In this document: positions 1 to 10,240 of the stretch, piece by piece | How the letters are laid out: each line of letters begins with the position of its first letter | How positions within the stretch are numbered: position 1 is the first letter of the stretch | NCBI GenBank assembly: GCA_963674825.1 | Contig: OY771587.1 | Span: forward strand, 928,001-992,000 | Direction of reading: 5' to 3' | DNA length: 64,000 bases | Source of the DNA: Candidatus Cloacimonadales bacterium | GTDB taxonomy: Bacteria > Cloacimonadota > Cloacimonadia > Cloacimonadales > JAIOQZ01 | Notes under the pieces: generated by a model | Databases searched by the model: none | Told to the model about the DNA's origin: nothing | The model's input: only the letters and a program-made list of their open reading frames with translations | Translations under genes and position numbers: made by a program

Positions 1-270
1 CGCAATACCGGTTGCCAGAATGCTGTCCGATACGACGCGCATGGTGTCGGCAACCAACCAGTAGTAAACTTCGAACGTATCGATTATGGCAACGCCATCC
101 TCAACCGTTACATTGGGCATAGACAATCGATAGAGCCATGAGCTTCCTATCTCAACCGGATATGAGCCGTATAAGATATTCGACTCACTGTCACATTGTA
201 CAATAGCAAGACTAATGACAATAAGCATGCAGAAATACAGCCACCAATAAAGCTTTCTGATCCGCTTCAT
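1..270 (-). CDS. Putative lipoprotein/exported protein, N-terminal part (runs off window start)
   Basis: Translated by hand: MKRIRKLYWWLYFCMLIVISLAIVQCDSES...; basic N-terminus, hydrophobic stretch, Cys; GGAGG RBS upstream; not in the ORF track because truncated. Confidence 0.65.
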   Translation of the reverse strand, partial: MKRIRKLYWWLYFCMLIVISLAIVQCDSESNILYGSYPVEIGSSWLYRLSMPNVTVEDGVAIIDTFEVYYWLVADTMRVVSDSILATGIA

Positions 271-280
271 CTTCCCTCCG

Positions 281-1099
281 TTACCTCTTCAGAGCGATTC
301 CAATCTCATACACACGGTTCTTGGATGTGCCGGTTTTCTTCGCGACATTCTTCACCGCCTGTTTCATGGAAACACCTTCATCTAATTCGCTTGTGAGCAG
401 CGCTTCCAGTTGAGCGTCGTCCACTTCGGTGGATTGATAGCCCTCGACAAGCAGCACCATCTCGCCCTTTTTCGTATACTCGTTTTCGATGAGTTCCGTG
501 AACGTTCCGCGCACGTACTCCTCATGCATCTTGCTGATCTCGCGCGCGATGACAGCCAGCCTGTCACCGAGTTTTTCGCGCAGCCAATCCAGCGTCTTAT
601 CGATGCGATGCGGCGCTTCGAAAAACACGATCGTAGCCTGAAGCTGCTTGATTTCCTCAATGAGCGCATCGCGATCCTTGAGCTTGTCCGGCAGAAATCC
701 GACGAACAGGAACCGCAAGGTGTCCAGCCCGGAAGCGCTGACAGCGGGAATGACGCTGGTTGCGCCTGGTAGCGCTACGACTGTTATATCGTTCCGGATG
801 GCCTCCTGCACGATGGTCTGTGCCGGGTCGGAGATTCCCGGGCTGCCGGCGTCGGTGATCACAGCGATGTCGTTTCCTTCCTGAAGCTTTCGGATCAGTT
901 GCGTTGTACGTTCGCGTTCGTTAAATTTGTGGTAACTCACGGTTGGTGTTTCGATGTTGTAGTGTTGCAGGAGGACGCGCGACGTGCGGGTATCCTCACA
1001 AGCAATTGTGGAGACGCTTTTCAGCGTCTCCACAGATCGGAATGTCATATCTGCCAGATTTCCTACTGGCGTTGGAATCAAGTAAAGCGTTCCATTCAT
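281..1099 (-). CDS. rsmI: 16S rRNA (cytidine1402-2'-O)-methyltransferase
   Basis: LYLIPTPVGNLADMTFR, ACEDTR, DAGSPGISDP, FEAPHR, REISKMHEE motifs. Confidence 0.96.
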   Translation of the reverse strand: MNGTLYLIPTPVGNLADMTFRSVETLKSVSTIACEDTRTSRVLLQHYNIETPTVSYHKFNERERTTQLIRKLQEGNDIAVITDAGSPGISDPAQTIVQEAIRNDITVVALPGATSVIPAVSASGLDTLRFLFVGFLPDKLKDRDALIEEIKQLQATIVFFEAPHRIDKTLDWLREKLGDRLAVIAREISKMHEEYVRGTFTELIENEYTKKGEMVLLVEGYQSTEVDDAQLEALLTSELDEGVSMKQAVKNVAKKTGTSKNRVYEIGIALKR

Positions 1100-1100
1100 G

Positions 1101-2342
1101 TCATATCTTTCTTGGTGGATTGATTTTGATGGTCATCACAGCGCTGATGAGGCACAGAACGCCGCAGATGGAAAATGCCAGCGGGAAATTGCCCATGTCA
1201 CCGAGAACGCCGCCGAGGATCGGCCCGAAAATACCACCAGCACCATAAGCAAGAAAGACGAACGGGTAATTTTCACCCACGAATTTCGAGCCAAAGGTAT
1301 CGGCAGTGATCGTAGGGAATAGTGCGAACGCGCCGCCGTAATTGAATCCGATCAGCGTTGCCACAAGATAGAGCATCCAAGGTGTTCCCGCCATGTATGG
1401 GAACAGCAGCATGAAAATACCCTGGCTGGCAGCCATGATAATGATGGACGGCTTGCGTTTGAGCTTGTCGCTGAAGACGCCCCAAAGGATGCGACCCAGT
1501 CCGTTTGCAAGGCTGAAAAACACCGCCATTGCAGTACCGGAGATCGCAGCAGCAGCAGCGAGATCCAGTCCCTTATTCTGCAGCGCTTCCATGGGATAGA
1601 GCTTCATGAGCCCGATCGACATAAGGCCTGCCATCGCGTTGAATACAAATACAAGGAAAATCAGATAGAACGGAAGGGTTCGCAGCATTTCCCCGCTGCG
1701 TAGATCCTTTCCGGACGATACCGCTTTCGCACTATCAGTTTTCTTATTAACGGCTTCTTTCTGCTCTTTCGGGAAAACCATCCAGATGCTCCCGATTAAG
1801 ATAAGAATAGCGAATAGCACACCATAGACGATAAACGTTGTGGAGATGCTGTAGCGTTCGATCAGATGTCCCCATTGACCAGCAAGCTTCACCCAGACCA
1901 TTGCCCCGAAGCCGAAGCCAGCCACCGACAAACCGCTGATAAGTCCCTTCTTATCAGGAAACCAGCGGATTCCGACCGCGATCGGCACTACATAGCTGAT
2001 ACCGATACCGCCACCACCGATCAATCCGATGAAGATCAGAATCGGCCAGAACGATGTCCCGCCGAAGAGACCGCCCAGAATATAACCGGCTCCCATGGTG
2101 ATCGCCGAGATGATCGAAAGACGACGCGGTCCTACTTTCGCAAGTTTCTTTCCTGCCAGCACCATGACCACCGCGAAGCTCACCAGACCGACAGAGAAGA
2201 CGATCTGCGTCTGAACCTTGCTCCAGCCGATTGCTGTCAGATAAGGCGTAAATACCGACCACGCATAGATTGCACCCAGACAAAGCTGGATGAGAACTGC
2301 TCCGAAAATGACCAGCCAGCGATTCCCTTTGTTTTCAGTCAT
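1101..2342 (-). CDS. OFA (oxalate/formate antiporter) family MFS transporter
   Basis: QLCLGAIYAWSVF, RWFPDKKGLISG, ANGLGRILWG motifs; about 12 hydrophobic segments. Confidence 0.88.
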   Translation of the reverse strand: MTENKGNRWLVIFGAVLIQLCLGAIYAWSVFTPYLTAIGWSKVQTQIVFSVGLVSFAVVMVLAGKKLAKVGPRRLSIISAITMGAGYILGGLFGGTSFWPILIFIGLIGGGGIGISYVVPIAVGIRWFPDKKGLISGLSVAGFGFGAMVWVKLAGQWGHLIERYSISTTFIVYGVLFAILILIGSIWMVFPKEQKEAVNKKTDSAKAVSSGKDLRSGEMLRTLPFYLIFLVFVFNAMAGLMSIGLMKLYPMEALQNKGLDLAAAAAISGTAMAVFFSLANGLGRILWGVFSDKLKRKPSIIIMAASQGIFMLLFPYMAGTPWMLYLVATLIGFNYGGAFALFPTITADTFGSKFVGENYPFVFLAYGAGGIFGPILGGVLGDMGNFPLAFSICGVLCLISAVMTIKINPPRKI

Positions 2343-2355
2343 ACGCTGCTCCGGA

Positions 2356-3603
2356 CTACAGGCCGTACTTGTCGATGATTTCTTGCTTGGTCAATCCGAG
2401 AATACCGTATTTTTTACCAACTTTGATGAAGGCTTCCAGCGCTTTGTCGAGGTGTTCTCTTTCATGTGCGGCAGATATCTGCGTGCGGATACGAGCCTTG
2501 CCCTGCGGTACCACCGGGAAGAAGAAGCCGATCGCGTAGATGCCTTCGTCATACAGATCGCGGGAGAAATCCTGCGAAAGCTTGGCGTTGAAGAGCATTA
2601 CCGGCACGATAGGCGTATCACCTGGCTGAAGGACGAATCCTGCATCCTGAAGACCTTTGCGCCAGTATTCGGTATTGGCTTCCAACTTGTCGCGGCGTTC
2701 GGTGGTCTTGGAGAGAATCTCCAGAACCTTGAGCACACCGGAGACGACCACCGGAGCGATGGTGTTGGAGAAAAGGTACGGTCGCGCTTTCTGACGGCAC
2801 ATCTCCACGACTTCCTTACGACCGGATACACATCCGCCGGAAGCGCCACCAAGAGCCTTGCCAAAGGTTGTTGTGATAATATCGATCTTACCCATCACGC
2901 CGCATTTCTCGTGGGTTCCACGACCTGTCTTGCCGATGAAGCCAGTAGAATGGGAGTCGTCCACAAACAGCATAGCATCGTATTTCTCGCAGAGCGCGAC
3001 CATCTCGTCGAGCTTCGCGGTATCGCCGTCCATAGAGAACACACCGTCGGTGATGACTACTTTGAGCCGTTTATCGGCGTGCAGAATCAGCTTTTTCTCG
3101 AGATGCTTCATGTCGGAGTGCTTGAAGGTGTCGTGCATAGCTGGAGCCAGCCGGATACCGTCGATGATGGAGGCGTGTACCAGACGATCGGAAATCATCA
3201 CGTCCTCGTCGGTGAGGATCGCTTCAAAAACGCCGGCGTTGGCGTCCATGCAGGACGGGAAGAGGATGGTGTCTTCAGTGCCGAGGAAATCGCTCACGAG
3301 CTTTTCGAGCTTCTTGTGGATGTCCTGCGTACCACAGATGAAGCGTACGGATGACATACCGTAACCACGGGTGTCGAGACCTTCATGCGCGGCCTGGATC
3401 ACGTCCGGGTGACTGGAGAGCCCCAGATAGTTGTTGGCGCACATGTTGATTACTTTCTTGAGGCTGGATCCGGTGGGGAATTCCACCTCGATGTCCGCCG
3501 CCTGCGGTGAATGTATGAAGCGTTCCTGTTTGAAGATGCCTTTGTCATCGATCCCTTTGAGGGTATCCAGATAGACTTGTCTCACTTTGTCGCTGTAAGC
3601 CAT
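2356..3603 (-). CDS. kbl: Glycine C-acetyltransferase (2-amino-3-ketobutyrate CoA ligase)
   Basis: NMCANNYLGLSSHP, SVRFICGTQDIHK, TDGVFSMDG, TFGKALGGASGG (PLP Lys), ARIRTQISAAH. Confidence 0.93.
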   Translation of the reverse strand: MAYSDKVRQVYLDTLKGIDDKGIFKQERFIHSPQAADIEVEFPTGSSLKKVINMCANNYLGLSSHPDVIQAAHEGLDTRGYGMSSVRFICGTQDIHKKLEKLVSDFLGTEDTILFPSCMDANAGVFEAILTDEDVMISDRLVHASIIDGIRLAPAMHDTFKHSDMKHLEKKLILHADKRLKVVITDGVFSMDGDTAKLDEMVALCEKYDAMLFVDDSHSTGFIGKTGRGTHEKCGVMGKIDIITTTFGKALGGASGGCVSGRKEVVEMCRQKARPYLFSNTIAPVVVSGVLKVLEILSKTTERRDKLEANTEYWRKGLQDAGFVLQPGDTPIVPVMLFNAKLSQDFSRDLYDEGIYAIGFFFPVVPQGKARIRTQISAAHEREHLDKALEAFIKVGKKYGILGLTKQEIIDKYGL

Positions 3604-3751
3604 AGTGTCGCTCCTTGTAAGGTTTTAGTGTCGTTGCTTTGATTTGGGCTGAACCAAACTTCCGAATGTTTGGGTCAGACGTCTCGTATCGAGTACCCAT
3701 ATCAAAGCAACGATCCCGACCGAGGCTTAACCCCGGCCGGGTAAAAAGCTG

Positions 3752-4009
3752 TTACTGGCCGAGGTGCTTGAGCACGAGCTCGGTGATAAGGTTTACGTTG
3801 TCGAATGCTTCCGGGGTCGCTTCCTCGTCGGGAAGGCTGATTCCATATTTGTTTTCCAGGAAGCGTTTGAGTGATACCATCGAAAATGAATCGACCAGAC
3901 CACCGGATATAAGCGGTGTGTCGAATCCTACCTCATCATCATCGTCCTCTACATATTCTTCGATCACGTATTCGAGCACGACTTCCTTGATTTCTTCACG
4001 ATCTGCCAT
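3752..4009 (-). CDS. Acyl carrier protein (DltC-like, ACP1)
   Basis: Acidic 85 aa protein with LISGGLVDSFSMVSL phosphopantetheine-Ser motif. Confidence 0.9.
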   Translation of the reverse strand: MADREEIKEVVLEYVIEEYVEDDDDEVGFDTPLISGGLVDSFSMVSLKRFLENKYGISLPDEEATPEAFDNVNLITELVLKHLGQ

Positions 4010-4265
4010 AGTTGTTTCTCCTTCCTCGATTTATAGAGTTATTGCTTGGTTTTTTATACTTCATTCGATTCCCAGATTCGCACTGGATCATCACTCATCG
4101 GATTCCCGGACCAATTCATGTGAATCAAGTACCCATCCGTCAAATACTTTCAGCAAATCTTTGCACTTTATTCACCGTATGCAAAATCATCCGGGCGAGA
4201 TACCACCCGGATGACACCATATTATTCGCTAATCACATTACGTTTCAATCTCACGGTCGTTCTTA

Positions 4266-5018
4266 CTAGCGCTGGTTCATTACCTGATTTAGCAGAGTTC
4301 TGGCATGTTCATGGGGATCAATACTGCGTGCAAATGTACCCCAATTTGCAACATTGTAGGTGAATGAAAGGAATACCAAATCTCCAACCACCACCCAGTT
4401 TTCCTGATCGACCGACAAGTTTAGATATTCTGAAGTAGGATCGTTGAACCCGTGCAAGTTCGCTGCCAGCGTGTATGCTCTGAGTGCAGGGTCAATATAA
4501 ATTGAACCGATAGAGCGCGACTCGTCATCTGGGCCAAGGATGAACAGGGATTGTGCGTCGGAATTAGCTTCCAACGTCCAGGTCAATTCGTAATTTGTCT
4601 GTCCATCCCACGTATCATCGATATTGAGTGTAGGAATATAGGTCATCGTCAAAGTAGCAGTCTCGGCATAAGCGCCGTTGTTGATATCGAGATCGTAGGC
4701 ATAACTTTGGCCAGGCGTAAATTCGTAATTCGCCCACCATTCATTGTACATCTCCTGATAATACATCGAAACATCTTCGCCATCAATGGTAAGATTACAG
4801 GATTCAATGAGATCTGTCTCATCCAGCGCAAAAACGTAGATGTATCCATAACGGAACTCCGGACTTTGCGAGAATGTAACCGCATAGCGCCAGTCTGATG
4901 TAGGGGGCTGGGATATTCCGCCGCCGTTATCGTCGTCGTCATCGTCATCCGATGAGCAGGACACCATCATGCCCAATGCGAGCATCACGACAAGAAAGCC
5001 AATAATCAGTCGTTTCAT
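4266..5018 (-). CDS. Lipoprotein of unknown function (tandem paralog 5)
   Basis: Lipobox MMVSC; shared C-terminal motifs W.L....AQSL, R.YT, ENW...GD. Confidence 0.8.
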   Translation of the reverse strand: MKRLIIGFLVVMLALGMMVSCSSDDDDDDDNGGGISQPPTSDWRYAVTFSQSPEFRYGYIYVFALDETDLIESCNLTIDGEDVSMYYQEMYNEWWANYEFTPGQSYAYDLDINNGAYAETATLTMTYIPTLNIDDTWDGQTNYELTWTLEANSDAQSLFILGPDDESRSIGSIYIDPALRAYTLAANLHGFNDPTSEYLNLSVDQENWVVVGDLVFLSFTYNVANWGTFARSIDPHEHARTLLNQVMNQR

Positions 5019-5078
5019 TTGTTTCTCCTTGGTTGAGGGAGTTACAGTCTATATGCAGCAAAGGATAACGCCGCATTG

Positions 5079-5708
5079 TTATTTGTCATTTTCGATCATC
5101 CTCGAAAGCTGTTCTATCGTCCGCCTGGCAAGATCCAGTGGATTCAGCCTGTAATCAATGTATCCGTAGTTCTTCATTACACTCGTCTCTGCGACCACGT
5201 AGAATCCATCTTCCTCCGACCAGTTTTTTTCCTGAAGGTTGAAATGGATGAACTCGGTGGAAGGATCGTCGTAATCCATGAATCCGGCAGGAATAGAATA
5301 TCGCCGGTCTGACGGAAGCATATAAATTGTGGCAATGGGATCATCCCGAGCCGCGCCGGGGCCAACCACATACAGGGATTGCGTTCTCGCATTTCTTTGC
5401 AGCGACCATTCAAGCTGGAAATCGCTCTGACCATCCCAGGAATCAGGGAAGTTTGCGTCCGGGATATATGGCATCGTGAACGTCCCCGAGCGCTGATATG
5501 AATCGTTGATCACGACTACATACGAATATATGCTCCCCTGCACAAACGGATAGTAGGCCGAAACCGAATCCGAATCCCGGTAATATTCAAGCGGGACTTC
5601 TTCGATGATAACGCCGGTACTTCCACCACTGGAGCCATCGGAGCTACAGGAGATCACAAGGATCAGAATAAGCAAGAATGCGGTGAATGCAGTGGCAAAG
5701 CGATTCAT
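5079..5708 (-). CDS. Lipoprotein of unknown function (tandem paralog 4)
   Basis: Lipobox VISC; WSLQRNARTQSL, RRYS, EKNW motifs. Confidence 0.8.
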   Translation of the reverse strand: MNRFATAFTAFLLILILVISCSSDGSSGGSTGVIIEEVPLEYYRDSDSVSAYYPFVQGSIYSYVVVINDSYQRSGTFTMPYIPDANFPDSWDGQSDFQLEWSLQRNARTQSLYVVGPGAARDDPIATIYMLPSDRRYSIPAGFMDYDDPSTEFIHFNLQEKNWSEEDGFYVVAETSVMKNYGYIDYRLNPLDLARRTIEQLSRMIENDK

Positions 5709-5753
5709 GATATCTCCCGGATATGGATTGCATGGTCAGAAATTGCAATTTTA

Positions 5754-6425
5754 TCAATGACACGTCAATGATTTTTGTTCAGAAATCCTATCGTCGTTGC
5801 TTCCGTAGGCAAAGCTGTAGAAGAAGAATTCCCCGGAAGTCTCCCAATTGCACTCCACAAGTTGAATACTGATGGTCGATTCACCGGTGTAGCCGAAGAG
5901 CTCCGCGTCCATGGAATAGCTTCGATCCCTGGGATTCATATAAATGAGCGTCTTGTAGGGATAGGGGTCGTCGCGGCCAGTATCAGCGTTCTCGAAATAC
6001 AGATACTGGGTTCTGGCGTCTTTATCCATATTCCATTCAATTTTAGTATTCTCACCCGCGACGTATTCATGAGGAAATTCGCATTCCGGTTCGCAGGCAA
6101 TCGTCAGATCAGTAATTTGATGGTAAATGCCATTGACAGTGATTTCGATATTATAAGTCTCACCTTCCTGGAATGGATAATACGCGAAATCGCGGCTGCA
6201 GGTCACCTCTTCCCCATCAATCAGGATACAGAGACTATTGATTGGGATCGAGCCGGTGAGGACTACATAGATCATCTGGCTCTGTGCCGACGCATAGACG
6301 GCGAAGCTGGATTGCGTGATGTCGGGGAGTTGGTGGATAGGATTCTCTTCCTCGTCGGAATCGAAAAGGTTGCAAGACAATAGCAGAAGCGACAGTAACA
6401 GGGCCAGTATGAAGATGCGTAGCAT
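5754..6425 (-). CDS. Lipoprotein of unknown function (tandem paralog 3)
   Basis: Start reassigned to MLRIFILALLLSLLLLSC (AAGGAG RBS); WNMDKDARTQ, ECNW motifs. Confidence 0.8.
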   Translation of the reverse strand: MLRIFILALLLSLLLLSCNLFDSDEEENPIHQLPDITQSSFAVYASAQSQMIYVVLTGSIPINSLCILIDGEEVTCSRDFAYYPFQEGETYNIEITVNGIYHQITDLTIACEPECEFPHEYVAGENTKIEWNMDKDARTQYLYFENADTGRDDPYPYKTLIYMNPRDRSYSMDAELFGYTGESTISIQLVECNWETSGEFFFYSFAYGSNDDRISEQKSLTCH

Positions 6426-6457
6426 GGATAAGTACTCCTTCAGATTCAGTATTTCAT

Positions 6458-7138
6458 TTATCTGGATGATTGCGGTGTAAACTCCTCGGTATCGGCATTG
6501 TAGCTTATGAAATAGAAATCGCCTTGCTGGATCCAATTGTATTCGGTAATGCTGACACGGATATTGGTATCGCCGGAATAACTCACCATCTCGCCGTTGA
6601 ATGTAAAATCACGCTGCTCGACGGGGAGGTAGCTGTAGAGATCGGAGACGCAGAATACGCTGTCGGTATCCACGAAGTTCTCGATTAGAAGCATCTGCGT
6701 CTGGGCATCGCAGTCGAGACTCCATGTGATCTCCGTGTAAATGCCGATCTCGAGACTGTCCGGAATCGAAAGCTCCGGTTCGCACACCATGGTTAGATCG
6801 ACAACCTGTCGTTTTGTGTCGTTTATGTTCACATCGATGGTGTAGCACTGGTTTGGTTCGAATGGATAATCACCTTCAAAAAGCGCGTAGTCTGCGTTTC
6901 GCCGAACCATGAACACGTCCGAGCCATTGATGATTACCTGTAAATTACCGATCTCCAACTCCGTGAAAGTAAAGACGCATATCGAGCCCCACGGGTACGC
7001 AACGATGTTGATGGTTTCTTTGTTGGACGGTAACGGATTTTCCATAAAATCACGATTGTTCTCATCAAACAGAGTGCAGGAAACGAGGGCAGTGACAGCA
7101 ACAAGTATCAGTATGAGATTGGTGGGTAGATTTTTCAT
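6458..7138 (-). CDS. Lipoprotein of unknown function (tandem paralog 2)
   Basis: Lipobox LVSC; CEPELSIPDSLE, WSLDCDAQTQ, EYNWIQQGDF. Confidence 0.8.
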   Translation of the reverse strand: MKNLPTNLILILVAVTALVSCTLFDENNRDFMENPLPSNKETINIVAYPWGSICVFTFTELEIGNLQVIINGSDVFMVRRNADYALFEGDYPFEPNQCYTIDVNINDTKRQVVDLTMVCEPELSIPDSLEIGIYTEITWSLDCDAQTQMLLIENFVDTDSVFCVSDLYSYLPVEQRDFTFNGEMVSYSGDTNIRVSITEYNWIQQGDFYFISYNADTEEFTPQSSR

Positions 7139-7155
7139 GTAGGCAATACTCCATT

Positions 7156-7917
7156 TTATAGATTATCGGTGCGGGTTTTCCAAATTGTGTCAATGATCAT
7201 CTGTGTCCTTTTCATTCGTGCTTCAGGGCCGATATCTTTCATATTATACGAATGGTTCATGAACATATCATACGAATGGCTCATGAACCTGAAATCCCCC
7301 ACGATCTCCCAGTTATATTCTTCCAGGTCGATCGTCAGGTATGAATCGCCTGTGTGATGGAAGGTATCCGCGCTCAGCGTGTATTCGCGCTGTGAGCTGT
7401 GAACATAGACCATCTTCGCTTCGGGATTCTCCAGGCTGTCGGCGTTGGCGCTGTACAGGAAGCAGAAAACCTGGGTCTTCGCATCATGATCGAGGTCCCA
7501 CGTTAAATTCAAATCGACACCCTCTTCAAGCGAATCGGGAATCGCCAGCTCAGGGATGCATACCATTTTCAGATCGATCACACCATGATACTGATTATCG
7601 ACGGTAACATCGATGTGATAGACGCTGTTCGGCTGAAAATCGTAGAAACCTCCGAATCGAACCAGATTTCCGCTGTTCGCTGCCTCGTTTTCGATGTTTT
7701 GCCCATCGACAAATACACAAACAGTATCGACAGGCACATCCCAGTCACTGTATAAGGCAATGCTACCCCATTCTGGATGAACCGACACGATATAGGGTGA
7801 ATCGTCGACATAGGGAAGCGTGGTGATATCCGAATCGCTACTGTCATCGAACAAAGTACATGATGTCATGATGACACATAGGAAAATCACGATAATCTCA
7901 GGTAGATTACGAACCAT
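7156..7917 (-). CDS. Lipoprotein of unknown function (tandem paralog 1)
   Basis: Lipobox MTSC; CIPELAIPDSLE, WDLDHDAKTQ, EYNWEIVGDF; GGAGG RBS. Confidence 0.8.
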   Translation of the reverse strand: MVRNLPEIIVIFLCVIMTSCTLFDDSSDSDITTLPYVDDSPYIVSVHPEWGSIALYSDWDVPVDTVCVFVDGQNIENEAANSGNLVRFGGFYDFQPNSVYHIDVTVDNQYHGVIDLKMVCIPELAIPDSLEEGVDLNLTWDLDHDAKTQVFCFLYSANADSLENPEAKMVYVHSSQREYTLSADTFHHTGDSYLTIDLEEYNWEIVGDFRFMSHSYDMFMNHSYNMKDIGPEARMKRTQMIIDTIWKTRTDNL

Positions 7918-7968
7918 TTTGCACCTCCATTCTTGTGAGCTTCACTTAAAACGACAATTGAAATTCGA

Positions 7969-7996
7969 AATATGGTTAATAATAAATGAATGTCAA
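7969..7996 (-). promoter_or_regulatory. Putative sigma70 promoter of the lipoprotein array
   Basis: Minus-strand TTGACA (7996-7991), 16-bp spacer, CATATT. Confidence 0.45.
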
Positions 7997-8008
7997 CGTA
8001 TTTTCGGC

Positions 8009-8036
8009 AAAAAAAACCGGGCGATTGCTCGCCCGG
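8009..8036 (-). terminator. Rho-independent terminator after the acetate ligase gene
   Basis: CCGGGCGA-gcaa-TCGCCCGG hairpin followed by a T8 run on the minus strand. Confidence 0.8.
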
Positions 8037-8052
8037 ATATTTGACGCAATGT

Positions 8053-9759
8053 TTATTCGTCGTCTTCGAGGGTCGATGTGTCTCCAATCTCCTCGCCCCA
8101 CTCCTTCGCGTGAAGCAAGCGCCGCATGATTTTACCGCTGCGGGTTTTGGGCAGCGATTTGACGTATTCGGTCTCCTGCGGCATGGCGAGCGGCGAGAGT
8201 TTCTTGCGGATAAAATTCATGATCTTGAGCTCAAGATCCTTGGTCGGCTCGTAGCCTGGCTTCAGCACCACGAACGCTTTAACGACCTCCATGTTGACAT
8301 CGTCTGGCTTGGAAACGACTGCTGATTCCGCAACTGCTTCGTGTTCCAGCAGTGCAGATTCGACCTCGAACGGGCTCACCAGATGGCCGCCGGTGTTGAT
8401 CACATCGTCATCGCGACCCACGAACCAGAAGTATCCGTCCGAATCGATATAGGCACGGTCGCCGGGCAGATACCAGTTGTTCTGGAACTTACTCTGGTAG
8501 GTCGCTTCGTTGTTCCAGTAAGTCCGCATCATGGCTGGCCATCCCGGACGGAAAGCGATCAGGCCGATCTTGTCAGTCTCTTTGATCTCCTCGAATGTGG
8601 AGGTATCGACCAGACTTCCAGTGATGCCAGGGAATGGCCTTCCCATAGAGCCTGGCTTGATCTTCATGCCCGGGTAATTGGAGATCATGATGGAACCGGT
8701 CTCGGTCTGCCAGTAAGAATCGAGGAAAGCCCTGCCGAATACTTTTTCCGACCAGATCACCGCTTCTGGGTTGAGCGGTTCGCCCACGCTGGCCAGATGG
8801 CGAAGCGAGGATAGATCATACTTTCCAACCAATTCGTCGCCGGCTTTCATCAGCGAGCGAATAGCCGTTGGAGCGGAGTACCACACCGTAATGCCGTAGC
8901 GCTCGATAAACTGGTACCATGATTCCGCGGAAAAACCCGTATCAAGTACGCACTGTGTAACGCCGAGGCTCCAGGGGCCAATAATCCCGTAGGATGTGCC
9001 GGTTACCCAGCCAGGATCGGCGGTACACCAGTAAACGTCATCTTCATTGAGATCCAGAACCCACTTCGTAGTGAGATACTGCGAGATCAACGAGTAATGA
9101 ACGTGCTTAACGCCCTTGGGTTGGCCGGTGGTTCCGGAAGTGTAGTGTAATACTGACGGTGATTCGGCTTTGGTAGGATAAATCTCGAGATCCTGAATCT
9201 TGTCAGCCGTCTCCAGATCAAATGCCACTTCCCGCTCTTGGAGCGGTTTCTTGCCGTCGTAATCCACCACGATGATGTGTTTGAGGTAGGGTGTCTTCTC
9301 GAGAATTCTGCGTACTTTGTTGACGTGCTTTTTCTGGGTGATGATCGCGGTTGTCTCCGCGTTATCGAGCCTCACAAGCAGCGATTCGTCGCCAAATGCT
9401 GAGAAGAGCGGCTGCGCGATCGCTCCGATTTTGAGAACACCCAGAAAACCGATGTAGAGTTCGGGAATCTTGTCCATGAAGAGGCAGACGCGATCTTCAT
9501 TCTTGATTCCCAGGTTGCGAAGGAACTGTCCCACGGTATTGCTGGCGATTCTGATGTCGTTGAAAGTGTACTGCTTTTTCGCACCTCCGAGACCTTCCCA
9601 GTAGAGTGCGATACGGTTTCCGTTACCCTTCTCGCAGATTCTGTCACTACAATACCAGCCAATGTTAATTACGTTGCCGTCCTGGTATTCGAGTTCTTTT
9701 TCGGAAATGGACCAATCGAAGTTTTTGATGCGTTCATCATAGGATCCGATATTGGACAT
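8053..9759 (-). CDS. acsA: Acetate--CoA ligase family AMP-forming acyl ligase (AcsA type)
   Basis: YTSGTTGQPKG, WCTADPGWVTG, SVGEPLNPEA, WQTETG, LPKTRSGKIMRR. Confidence 0.88.
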   Translation of the reverse strand: MSNIGSYDERIKNFDWSISEKELEYQDGNVINIGWYCSDRICEKGNGNRIALYWEGLGGAKKQYTFNDIRIASNTVGQFLRNLGIKNEDRVCLFMDKIPELYIGFLGVLKIGAIAQPLFSAFGDESLLVRLDNAETTAIITQKKHVNKVRRILEKTPYLKHIIVVDYDGKKPLQEREVAFDLETADKIQDLEIYPTKAESPSVLHYTSGTTGQPKGVKHVHYSLISQYLTTKWVLDLNEDDVYWCTADPGWVTGTSYGIIGPWSLGVTQCVLDTGFSAESWYQFIERYGITVWYSAPTAIRSLMKAGDELVGKYDLSSLRHLASVGEPLNPEAVIWSEKVFGRAFLDSYWQTETGSIMISNYPGMKIKPGSMGRPFPGITGSLVDTSTFEEIKETDKIGLIAFRPGWPAMMRTYWNNEATYQSKFQNNWYLPGDRAYIDSDGYFWFVGRDDDVINTGGHLVSPFEVESALLEHEAVAESAVVSKPDDVNMEVVKAFVVLKPGYEPTKDLELKIMNFIRKKLSPLAMPQETEYVKSLPKTRSGKIMRRLLHAKEWGEEIGDTSTLEDDE

Positions 9760-9803
9760 AGCTTTCTCTCCTTCAGACGCGGCAGCGCCTGTGTCTTTAT
9801 TAT

Positions 9804-10202
9804 TTATAGTTCGAGTATAACCATTGCCATTGCCGTGGATTTCAAATGAGACAGCGAAACATGAATGGATTGAATTTTGTTCATTCGCACGAATTCGTCA
9901 ACCTTTCCATGCGTTTTTATCATTGGTTTGCCCAAATCATCGTTGGTAATCTCGATATCAGTAAACGTGACACCCTGCTGCCAGCCGGTTCCCAGCGCTT
10001 TCATCATCGCTTCTTTCGCTGCGAACCGGGCGGCGTAGCATTGGTCTTTCGATTTCCGGGATTCACACTCCCGAATCTCGTTATCGGTAAAAACCTTCTC
10101 GCGAAAGCCTTCCAGCTTGCTGATGCTTCTAAGGACTCGCTCCACTTCGATGTGGTCGATACCTACTCCAAAGATCAACTTGCCCTCTTCAGCATAGAAC
10201 AT
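9804..10202 (-). CDS. acpS: Holo-ACP synthase (4'-phosphopantetheinyl transferase)
   Basis: GVGIDHIE, AARFAAKEAMMKALGTG, VSLSH; true start may be the TTG of LIFGVG. Confidence 0.93.
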   Translation of the reverse strand: MFYAEEGKLIFGVGIDHIEVERVLRSISKLEGFREKVFTDNEIRECESRKSKDQCYAARFAAKEAMMKALGTGWQQGVTFTDIEITNDDLGKPMIKTHGKVDEFVRMNKIQSIHVSLSHLKSTAMAMVILEL

Positions 10203-10240
10203 CCAAAGATCAAGCGTACTCCTTCAGTATAGCTGACGGC

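Noticed and set aside
4012..4269. 85-aa plus-strand ORF between ACP1 and the lipoprotein array
   Set aside because: No RBS or motif, opposite to all neighbours, and overlaps a terminator-like hairpin; likely non-coding
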